Source: Macrostomum lignano
Taxonomy: Eukaryota
Assembly (NCBI GenBank): GCA_002269645.1
Contig: NIVC01000103.1
Coordinates: 741,393-805,392, forward strand
Reading direction: 5' to 3'
Length of the DNA: 64,000 nucleotides
The notes beneath the pieces were generated by a model that saw only the letters and a list, made by a program, of their open reading frames with translations, made no database searches and was not told the origin of the DNA. This document shows positions 28,701 to 39,000 of this stretch, one piece after another. Made by a program: the position numbers and the translations under genes. Numbering within the stretch: position 1 is the stretch's first letter; the number at the start of each line of letters is the position of its first letter.

Positions 28701-30415
28701 CAACAGAGGCGCAATGCTAATGTTTGCATTAGCGCCGTGGGTGGTGCCTTACTGAGTCTGATGGCTAATTTCAGATAAAAACGATTGGATCCCTGGTCAG
28801 ACTCACCATGGACTCCACATTAACAGAGTCGAACGTGTTGACATAGATGCCGATTTCAACTACAGTTGGCCGGCCTGGAATGTTAGAGCGTGTTTGTACT
28901 TTTATGTGCTGTCCGGCTTCAGTATAGAGACCTGCATGAAACCCGTGGAAGGCAAAGGCAAATGGGGTCCAGTCAGTTGTCTGGCGCCCCTTGGTGCTGG
29001 TGCCCCTTGGTGCTGGCGCCCCTTGGTGCTGGCGCCCCCTTTGGTGCTGGCGCCCCTTGGTGCTGGCGCCCCTTGGTGCTGGCGCCCCTTGGTGCTGGCG
29101 CCCCTTGGTGCTGGCGCCCCTTGGTGCTGGCGCCCCTTGGTGCTGGCGCCCCTTGGTGCTGGCGCCCCTTGGTGCTGGCGCCCCTTGGTGCTGGCGCCCC
29201 TTGGTGCTGGCGCCCCTTGGTGCTGGCGCCCCTTGGTGCTGGCACCCCTTGGTGCTGGCGCCCCTTGGTGCTGGCGCCCCTTGGTGCTGGCGCCCCTTGG
29301 TGCTGGCGCCCCTTGGTGCTGGCGCCCCTTGGTGCTGGCGCCCCTTGGTGCTAAAACCCCTTGCTGCTAAAACCCCTTGGTGCTGGCGCCCCTTGGTGCT
29401 GGCGCCCCTTGGTGCTGGCGCCCCTTGGTGCTAAAACCCCTTGCTGCTAAAACCCCTTGCTGCTAAAACCCCTTGCTGCTAAAACCCCTTGCTGCTAAAA
29501 CCCCTTGCTGCTAAAACCCCTTGCTGCTAAAACCCCTTGCTGCTAAAACCCCTTGCTGCTAAAACCCCTTGCTGCTAAAACCCCTTGCTGCTAAAACCCC
29601 TTGCTGCTAAAACCCCTTGCTGCTAAAACCCCTTGCTGCTAAAACCCATTGGTGCTGGCGCCCCTTGGCCGTGGCCCCCTAATGAAAAGACCTAGCTAAG
29701 TCAAATAATAAACAAGCTACATTAATCCATTAACTCACCTGTGATGAGGTGTGGCGGGGCAATAAAGTTGTTCATCATGCTGAACACGGGAGTCCTGGCG
29801 CTGTCAAGCCCGACTTTTCGGCTGCAAAGGCATTTTGTTGATGGTGCAGTCAGGCCCACTCCACTGACCCCGGAGCAATAACGTACGCACACTTGTAAGA
29901 TGCACACGAACTGCGCACTGCAGAGCCTTTCTGAGCACCCACAAAAGTTGCAGAAGTTTATGTACTTCAAAATAATAATAATTGATTACACCTGCCCTAA
30001 TAGGCAGTTGTGCAACCGACCGCTCAGCCCCAGTCCAAGGACTGGGGGGGGGGGTCACCACACACAGCCTCAATTACCCCACCACTAGGGCGGCTTACAA
30101 TTCCACAATTAAAACTCCACCCAGTTGGAATAAATCGGGGGGGGGCGTCAAAATTCAGGTTTCCAAAATTAAATTTGATTTATCCTGACACACGCTCTCT
30201 GTCTCTCTCTCTCTCTTAGTTGACCTTGTTTGCACTAGCAAGAAAAATAATCGATTCCTCAGCATATACCTGTCACTGTCTCTGCACTGACAGCAGTTTC
30301 TGGAGACCGACTGCTTCATTTCGCCGCAGTTATTATTTGCTGAACTTGTAGCAGCCCGACTGCTCACAAGCAGCCAGGCCAGGGACAGCAGGTAGAACAG
30401 GTGCTCGACCGGCAT
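19774..30415 (-). CDS. Cys-loop ligand-gated anion channel subunit (GlyR/GluCl-like), 503 aa, 9 exons
   Basis: Exons 30415-30270, 29917-29739, 28874-28807, 26943-26648, 26274-26192, 25192-25058, 23562-23410, 20982-20693, 19935-19774 all join in phase (1512 nt). Signal peptide, IWLPDIIF, Cys-loop [15 protein letters not shown], loop-C disulfide ([13 protein letters not shown]), anion-selective PAR motif, TM1-TM4 (AIDIWM; [10 protein letters not shown]). Confidence 0.95.
19966..20650. repeat. 21-bp minisatellite (AGCTTAGATATGTACACAGGT)n
   Basis: Intronic tandem array. Confidence 0.95.
21075..21645. repeat. 25-bp minisatellite (TTATGAATTATGAAATATGAATGGG)n
   Basis: Intronic tandem array. Confidence 0.95.
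22270..23290. repeat. GA-rich compound minisatellite
   Basis: Polypurine tandem repeats. Confidence 0.95.
23620..24000. repeat. CT-rich low-complexity repeat
   Basis: Polypyrimidine run. Confidence 0.95.
24686..24920 (-). mobile_element. tRNA-derived SINE
   Basis: Minus strand begins GTAGCCTAGTGGTC (A box) ... GGTTCGATTCC (B box), then body GTGTCCTTGAGCAAGAC...CACCCAGCTG..AAATGGGT shared with other copies. Confidence 0.85.
25445..26050. repeat. 18-bp minisatellite (GAGACTGAGATGGGACTT)n
   Basis: Intronic tandem array. Confidence 0.95.
27020..27540 (+). mobile_element. RTE-clade LINE 3' fragment (degraded)
   Basis: Frameshifted remnants [30 protein letters not shown]...AFE...RRMLRIS typical of the RTE RT C-terminus. 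Confidence 0.75.
28980..29670. repeat. 16-bp minisatellite (GGCGCCCCTTGGTGCT)n grading into (AAAACCCCTTGCTGCT)n
   Basis: Tandem array. Confidence 0.95.
29975..30085 (-). mobile_element. 5'-truncated SINE copy (3' end with (TTA)n tail)
   Basis: Matches 48398-48540 tail region. Confidence 0.75.
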
Positions 30416-30979
30416 TTTAGAATGACACCCAAAAATCAACTCTCTCAGAATCAATGATCGGATTTAAGTGGCTTTAATGTTTTACGCGCTAGAAATGATG
30501 GAAGGCCAATGACAGACCTCAGCCAATCACAGACCTAACGACCAGAGTGTTTCTAGTCTGGCAAAGGGCGCAAAACTATAGGACATAAAATTGTGTGAAA
30601 AGTGGACACCTGCCCTCCCCAACCCTCTCCGAACAGACAATGAGAAAACCGGGAGGATGCTACGGGGTTTGGTAGAGCAGCGAAAATCGACTATTTGCTC
30701 TCGTCTTTTTTAACTGAGCAACGGCCTGAGATATGATGAACTGCAATTGGGAGATACACGGATACACGGATAAAACGGATACGCGGATGCCTGACTATTG
30801 GCTTGTTTTACGGAGAGGCCTGCAGGTGAAGGAGGAGAGAGATGATACGACCTTGGTTGCTATGCAATTATTGTTTGTACGTTTTCACCCGAGCTAGTAA
30901 AAAAGGACACGCTGACGCTTCATTTTGAGTCTTATAAAGAACGAACAGAATTGTGACTGCCCCTGATGCCAGACTGCTG

Positions 30980-33900
30980 TAGACTGTGTCAGTTCCAAGT
31001 CAGACTTTGCCAGTTCCCAGTGAGACTGTGTCAGTTCCCAAGTGAGACTGTGTCAGTTCCAATTTGAGACTGTGTCAGTTCCCAGTGAGACTGTGTCAGT
31101 TCCAAGTCAGACTTTGCCAGTTCCCAGTGAAACTGTGTCAGTTCCCAAGTGAGACTGTGTCAGTTCCAATTTGAGACTGTGTCAGTTCCCAGTGAGACTG
31201 TGTCAGTTCCAATTTGAGACTGTGTCAGTTCCCAGTGAGACTGTGTCAGTTCCAAGTGAGACTGTGTCAGTTCCAAGTGAGACTGTGTCAGTTCCAAGTG
31301 AGACTGTGTCAGTTCCAAGTCAGACTTTGCCAGTTCCAAGTGAAACTGTGTCAGTTCCAAGTGAGACTGTGTCAGTTCCAAGTCAGACTTTGCCAGTTCC
31401 AAGTGAAACTGTGTCAGTTCCAAGTGAGACTGTGTCAGTTCCAATTTGAGACTGTGTCAGTTCCAATTTGAGACTGTGTCAGTTCCCAGTGAGACTGTGT
31501 CAGTTCCCAGTGAGACTGTGTCAGTTCCCAGTGAGACTGTGTCAGTTCCCAGTGAGACTGTGTCAGTTCCAAGTGAGACTGTGTCAGTTCCAATTTGAGA
31601 CTGTGTCATTTCCCAGTGAGACTGTGTCAGTTCCCAAGTGAGACTGTGTCAGTTCCCAGTGAGACTGTGTCAGTTCCCAGTGAGACTGTGTCAGTTCCAA
31701 GTGAGACTGTGTCAGTTCCAATTTGAGACTGTGTCAGTTCCAAGTGAGACTGTGTCAGTTCCAATTTGAGACTGTGTCAGTTCCCAGTGAGACTGTGTCA
31801 GTTCCCAGTGAGACTGTGTCAGTTCCCAAGTGAGACTGTGTCAGTTCCTAGTGAGACTGTGTCAGTTCCCAAGTGAGACTGTGTCAGTTCCCAAGTGAGA
31901 CTGTGTCAGTTCCAAGTGAGACTGTGTCAGTTCCCAGTGAGACTGTGTCAGTTCCAAGTCAGACTTTGCCAGTTCCAAGTGAAACTGTGTCAGTTCCAAG
32001 TGAGACTGTGTCAGTTCCAATTTGAGACTGTGTCAGTTCCAATTTGAGACTGTGTCAGTTCCCAGTGAGACTGTGTCAGTTCCCAGTGAGACTGTGTCAG
32101 TTCCCAGTGAGACTGTGTCAGTTCCAAGTGAGACTGTGTCAGTTCCAATTTGAGACTGTGTCAGTTCCCAGTGAGACTGTGTCAGTTCCCAAGTGAGACT
32201 GTGTCAGTTCCCAGTGAGACTGTGTCAGTTCCCAAGTGAGACTGTGTCAGTTCCAAGTGAGACTGTGTCAGTTCCCAGTGAGACTGTGTCAGTTCCAAGT
32301 GAGACTGTGTCAGTTCCAAGCGAGACTGTGTCAGTTCCAAGCGAGACTGTGTCAGTTCCAAGCGAGACTGTGTCAGTCCCAAGCGAGACTGTGTCAGTCC
32401 CAAGCGAGACTGTGTCAGTTCTAATTCAGACTGTGTCAGTTCCAAGCGAGACTGTGTCAGTCCCAAGTCAGACTGTGTCATTCCCAAGCGAGACTGTGTC
32501 AGTCCCAAGTCAGACTGTGTCAGTCCCAAGTGAAACTGTGTCAGTTCCAAGTGAGACTGTGTCAGTTCCAATTTGAGACTGTGTCAGTTCCAATTTGAGA
32601 CTGTGTCAGTTCCCAGTGAGACTGTGTCAGTTCCCAGTGAGACTGTGTCAGTTCCCAGTGAGACTGTGTCAGTTCCCAGTGAGACTGTGTCAGTTCCAAG
32701 TGAGACTGTGTCAGTTCCAATTTGAGACTGTGTCAGTTCCCAGTGAGACTGGGTCAGTTCCCAGTGAGACTGTGTCAGTTCCCAAGTGAGACTGTGTCAG
32801 TTCCCAGTGAGACTGTGTCAGTTCCCAAGTGAGACTGTGTCAGTTCCAAGTGAGACTGTGTCAGTTCCCAGTGAGACTGTGTCAGTTCCAAGTGAGACTG
32901 TGTCAGTTCCAATTTGAGACTGTGTCAGTTCCAAGTGAGACTGTGACAGTCCCAAGCGAGACTGTGTCAGTCTTAAGTGAGACTGTGTCAGTCCCAAGTG
33001 AGACTGTGTCAGTCCCAATAAGACTGTGTCAGTTCCAAGCGAGACTGTGTCAGTCCCAAGTGAGACTGTGTCAGTCTTAAGTGAGACTGTGTCAGTCCCA
33101 AGTGAGACTGTGTCAGTTCCAAGCGAGACTGTGTCAGTTCCAAGTGAGACTGTGTCAGTTCCAAGTGAGACTGTGTCAGTTCCAAGTGAAACTGTGTCAG
33201 TCCCAAGTGAGACTGTGCCAGTTCTAATTCAGACTGTGTCAGTCCCAAGTCAGACTGTGTCAGTTCCAAGTGAGACTGTGTCAGTTCCAAGTGAGACTGT
33301 GTCAGTTCCAAGTGAGACTGTGTCAGTTCCAAGTGAGACTGTGTCAGTTCCAAGTGAGACTGTGTCAGTTCCAAGTGAGACTGTGTCAGTCTTAAGTGAA
33401 ACTGTGTCAGTTCCCAAGTGAGACTGTGTCAGTTCCAATTTGAGACTGTGTCAGTTCCCAAGTGAGACTGTGTCAGTCCCAAGCGAGACTGTGTCAGTCC
33501 CAAGAAGACTGTGTCAGTTCCAAGTGAGACTGTGTCAGTTCCAAGTAAGACTGTGTCAGTCCCAATAAGACTGTGTCAGTTCCAAGTGAAACTGTGTCAG
33601 TCCCAAGTGAGACTGTGTCAGTCCTAAGTCAGACTGTGTCAGTTCCAAGTGAGACTGTGTCAGTTCCAAGTGAGACTGTGTCAGTTCCAAGTGAGACTGT
33701 GTCAGTTCCCAAGTGAGACTGTGTCAGTTCCCAAGTGAGACTGTGTCAGTTCCAATTTGAGACTGTGTCAGTTCCCAAGTGAGACTGTGTCAGTCCCAAG
33801 CGAGACTGTGTCAGTCCCAAGAAGACTGTGTCAGTTCCAAGTGAGACTGTGTCAGTCCCAAGCGAGACTGTGTCAGTTCCAAGTGAGACTGTGTCAGTTC

Positions 33901-34558
33901 CAAGCGAGACTGTGTCAGTTCCAAGCGAGACTGTGTCAGTCCCAAGCGAGACTGTGTCAGTCCCAAGCGAGACTGTGTCAGTTCTAATTCAGACTGTGTC
34001 AGTTCCAAGCGAGACTGTGTCAGTCCCAAGTCAGACTGTGTCATTCCAAGCGAGACTGTGTCAGTCCCAAGTCAGACTGTGTCAGTCCCAAGCGAGACTG
34101 TGTCAGTCCCAAGTCAGACTGTGTCATTCCCAAGTGAGACTGTGTCAGTCTTAAGTGAGACTGTGTCAGTTCTAATTCAGACTGTGTCAGTCCTAAGTCA
34201 GACTGTGTCATTCCCAAGTGAGACTGTGTCAGTCTTAAGTGAAACTGTGTCAGTCCCAAGTGAGACTGTGTCAGTCCCAAGTGAGACTGTGTCAGTCCCA
34301 AGTCAGACTGTGTCAGTCCCAAGTGAGACTGTGTCAGTTCCAAGTGAGATTGTGTCAGTTCCAAGTGAGACTGTCAGTTCCAAGTGAGACTGTGTCAGTT
34401 CCAAGTGAGACTGTGTCAGTTCCAATAAGACTGTGTCAGTTCCAAGTGAGACTGTGTCAGTCCCAAGTGAAAATGTGTCAGTTCCAAGTGAGACTGTGTC
34501 AGTTCCAAATGAGACTGTGTCAGTCCCAAGTGAGACTGTGTCAGTCCCAAGTGAGACT
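30980..34558. repeat. 21-bp satellite (GAGACTGTGTCAGTTCCAAGT)n, left of LTR insertion
   Basis: ~170 tandem units. Confidence 0.97.
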
Positions 34559-35435
34559 TATAAGCTTCCTAGTTGGCCGCAAACTAAGAACCTTACATAT
34601 GATTAATAGTGACTCAAACGAGGTAGAATATGCTTGGATGTTATTTACCGATCAACCATATAATTATATTTACTACTGCATTTTCAACGTTTGTATTAAT
34701 AAGCAAATAAGCGAGCTACAAGCAGGGAGAATAAGTCTGAGACACTACGGTATAACTAAGCTACTCAAATACTCCTATTAATCTATTATATATATATATA
34801 AATTACGCCTATCTACCTGGTCTGAGACCGATACGCTAATATTCATAAATCTATAGTCATGTCAGTGCTCAGTCTTACCCTCCGGTCACAGGTGTCTGCA
34901 GAAGCGGTCGTCATGATTTGCAAACTATTAAGCAATCCAAAAGTTAATACAAGGCGTTTAAAAGAGAGTGAAAAGAGAGTGAGAAAAGGGTAAAGTTTTT
35001 AGCATTTAACCCCTCGCTTATTTATAGTAAATTTCCCCGATGAAGTCCCTGTGAAACTGTCTGCGTTATCATTTCCCACGTCTTCCAGCCACCGCGCAAT
35101 TCCGGCCGATTCTTACGGTTCCCCTTTCTCGTGCGATTCCTGAAATGCCTCTGTTAAAAAATGTAATTGAACCCCGCCCCACATAAAGGCATACAACCCC
35201 TCTAAAGTGGAAGCAGACTTTTACGGCGGCCTGCACTCGCCCTTTGCAATGCCGTCATCAAGCACTTGTGGCTTTTTGTAAGAGTGCAGCTGTCCACAAC
35301 TGCTACACTCCACCACGCTCTGATAACAATGCAATTCCCTAATTTCCTAAATCCTAAGTCATATTCCTAATAGTTCCTACGATAGTCCCTAAATAGTCCC
35401 TAAGGCCTACATGCATATGAAATTGAATCCTTATA
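34559..35435 (-). repeat. 3' LTR
   Basis: Termini TATAAG...CTTATA; near-identical to the other LTR. Confidence 0.95.
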
Positions 35436-35437
35436 TT

Positions 35438-35452
35438 ACTCCCCCTTTTTTC
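35438..35452 (-). promoter_or_regulatory. Polypurine tract
   Basis: Minus strand GAAAAAAGGGGGAG 3 nt before the 3' LTR. Confidence 0.85.
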
Positions 35453-35659
35453 AAATGTGGTCCCCACATTTGCATTTAGTAAAATATGGAGATGAAGAAA
35501 TCATTGAGACTAGTATGAAAGCAAATAGCTGTAAGTATGAGCGAATGATTTTAATCTCGTAAAGCTTTTATCATTCTGGATATAGCGATGTAGCTCGTTC
35601 AATCTCACCTCAAAACCATCTGCGATCTTCGATTTATGTTGTCCGACTCAACTTGAGCT

Positions 35660-36034
35660 TCAGTTGTCCTCTGAGCTGTCCTCTTCAGTAGTATTCGCAT
35701 TACCCTCGTTTCTTAGGAGAGAAAGTAGTTTGGTGCAGCAGATAACTATCAGCTCCCAAATAATGCGTCCCTCGCGATATTCGTCATCGTACATATCGTC
35801 AGCGAGATTGCGGAGCTCCGTCTTGTATACATCAATCGGCCGTGTCGGTGGCGGCTCTCTGAATTCTACTTCAGAAACTCCCGGTTCGTATAGTCTACGT
35901 GCTTCCGTTCGGATATCTTCCAAGATGGGTATTACTCTTTCCTTATAACCCGGCAGTAGGGGGGAGAACCATTGAAAGAAGTGGATCCTATGGTAGATCC
36001 ATGCTCGGCGCTCAAAGTCGTTCAGGATATTCAT
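35660..36034 (-). CDS. Small ORF2 of LTR element, unknown function, in frame with the polyprotein
   Basis: 124 aa from ATG; the 18 codons between it and the polyprotein TAA are open. Confidence 0.45.
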   Translation of the reverse strand: MNILNDFERRAWIYHRIHFFQWFSPLLPGYKERVIPILEDIRTEARRLYEPGVSEVEFREPPPTRPIDVYKTELRNLADDMYDDEYREGRIIWELIVICCTKLLSLLRNEGNANTTEEDSSEDN

Positions 36035-36088
36035 GGTTCTAGTTCTTGCGTGGACGCAAAGTGAATCTCTTACAAGCTGATTCCTCTG

Positions 36089-39000
36089 TTACTTCTGTCT
36101 GCTTGGATTCATTTCTTTGATGATCTGAACTTCGACCATATGCTGTTTTCCTCCTATCTCTAAGTGAATTGTACCTCTTCCTATGAACTGAAGCTGGGAA
36201 TTTCCCACTCCTACTGCAATTATATCACTCCTGTTCCACGTTATTTTTAATGCGTCGGCCAATCTTTTACTGATCACAGTCAGCGTCGCTCCTGTATCGA
36301 TCAAGGTATGTACCCCTCTTCGTCCTTGTGGTGTCACAACCGGTAACGTTATTATGGATTTCATAACACTCCCCAAGGTGAATATCGAATGCTGTTTCCT
36401 TATTTGTTTCTCACTAGGGGGTATCGGAATGGTTGTCTCTGCTTGTGGTGCTTGAACTCCAGTCAGATTAACAGTAACATAATTTTCTGTTGGCAAGTTC
36501 GGAACCACATCTGTGTGCTGCTGTATAGCCGCTTCTTGTTTCTTTGATAGTGCAATTCTTCCTGTCCTTTGCACATATAAGAATTTTATTATTCGCAGAA
36601 TTATATAGATCCACACAATTGCGCATGTTGTCGTAATAAACAGACTGTAGAAACTGATATGGAAACCAAAAGTCGCTCGAAAAAGCATTCCGAAAAGTCC
36701 GTTAGCTAGCTGCAGTGGCGAAAAATCTGCTAACCAACTCATATCAGTCCCATTTTCTGGTTCACCTACGACTCCAAATGTGTGTAAAAGTACGTTATTG
36801 TTCTCTACGAATAAATCCAACAAGTCAGCAAGGTGGATTGGCGTTCGAAGGTCACTTATCTGCACATCTGCGATAGGATGATACACTCCTGTCGTTGTCT
36901 TAATAGTTAAAGGCTGAAAGTCACTTCCGAAAGATAAGACATGCACTTCATTTTCCATCCGTGCCACTGTTCCGTTTTGGTCGACTTCGAATGGGTCACC
37001 TTCAATTGAGACGTAATATGGAATCACATTTTTACATGCTTCTTTGTGAACATCTGCTGTGATTATTTTTGTTTCCGTGTTCAAAAATGCCTTTATCGTT
37101 TCATTTTTCTCATTGAACTGGACTGGTGGTTGCGCATAACAAGCGTCGCGTCGTGCTTCCTGAGGCAAGAATGTTATGTTGAAAATATTCTTGCACGGGT
37201 ACACCACAACGAATTCTCGGGTCACTACTGCCTCAATTTCTTCTTTTCCAATTATTCTCCTCATCACCTTTGTCGGGCTATTAATTAATGACAATCGTAG
37301 ATTCTTCACTGTGGCCTTGAAATTCTGACAAGCAAGTTTTATTGTATTACGTTCCAATTTTCGTAATCTCTCCAATTCCTTAATCTCCACAGCTTCAAAT
37401 TCAGCGGCGATCATTGAAGCCGATTCTAGTTCGAACTCAAGACTTCTTTTCTTCCTTGCCTTTAGATCGGTCGACTCTAGTGAAGACATCTTTTTCCTTT
37501 TCAGTTTGCTTTTCATCAACTTCCTGAATAGCTTTGTCTTGCTGGAACTCAGTTTCTTGTGTGCTTGATGCGCAATTATTAGGCGTAGTCTCTCTGTATC
37601 TGACTCGTCTGATGCCAATTGGATGTAAACGCCTTGCTCAGCTCTAAATAAAGTTATGTTCACTTCACTGCAATTTAGTGTACGTTCGACAGGTCGTTTA
37701 GCGAACTGGAATGCCATCGTTTGATCATCCGACATGAGAAACGTTGAATGTAGAAATCCTTCCTTGGTTGCAAAGGGCAATAATTCACAACTCCGATTTT
37801 TCTCCACTTGCCAGACTAACGTGAATGCTCTTTCACCTTCGTAATACCAATAATGAACATCCGATTTTTGGGCTGATTCTATCTGCATCGATTCCCAAGG
37901 AGGGTGCTTATTCATGACTGCCATAGGCAAGGCCATCACTTTGTCAATAGGCATCCGCATCTCACACATTCCTGACCTGTAAGCGCATTCTTCGATCCGG
38001 AATTTCATGCTACTCATTGCTCCATTCCGTAAATAGAATTTTATTCCTGTCATCACGGAATCTACTGTGCCGACATTCGTCCCTACCGCTCCTGGAAAGC
38101 TTATCCATTTTATCTTTGGTGCAGAATCTGTCCTGTATAACGTAGATCCATCATTACTCCATACCTCGTGTAATTCTCCGATGCTTGATTTCCTTTCTTC
38201 ATGCCATCGCTTGCAGTTCTCACTTAAAACCTCATGGGGTGTAACCTTGAAGACAATGCTGTGGTGGATATTCATCACTGTTCCCCACCACTTTGCTTCG
38301 ACACGAATCTCTTCTCGATGACATACAACCATTTTCCCATCGAATGTTTGCGTATTCGGCTTAAATATCGTAAAGTTAATGTGCTCTGCACTATTCTGGT
38401 TCCTGTTTAATTCTGGACAGGTGATTTCTTCTGGAAATCGGAATACCTGCTGTCCGACCGATCGGTCACAGACTAGTCCGTAGGTCATTTGATTCGACGC
38501 AGAGCCTTGCAACTCGGTCTCGGCCCGAACTCCTCCTAGGCTTAAAAGCATGAAGACGAAAAGGAAAATTATCTTCCATGACCATCGCTCCGCTGTCCGA
38601 GGTTTCATTTCCATGACGTTAATTTCTGGGAACTCAAGAAGCTGAAGTTCCTCATTACCACCGGTCTGCTCATACTCATGCGCAGAATCTGTTCCTTCGA
38701 CTGCATTTTGCGCGTCAACCACATTCACTCCTGCTCCTCTTCCTCTTCCGACAGTTCCTCGGCCTCTATTGATTTGTCCTCTGCTTGAGTATCGTCCGCC
38801 TCGTCCACGATTTCCTCGACCATATCCTTGGTTGTTGGCAAAAGATCCTCTGTTCCAATATCCTCTTGGGTTTCCTACTTGGCCTCGATTTCCTCTTCCT
38901 CGATTCCACTGATTTTGAGGATTAAATCCTCGAGGCTGCCATCCTCTTGGGTTTTGCTGACCTCTATATTGGTTTTGCCAGTGGTTCTGCCATCCATTGT

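Noticed and set aside
31160-34781. Many ORFs with ETVSVPS / RLCQFQV / ELTQSHL repeats, also at 42995-43989
   Set aside because: 21-bp satellite, a multiple of 3 with few stops.
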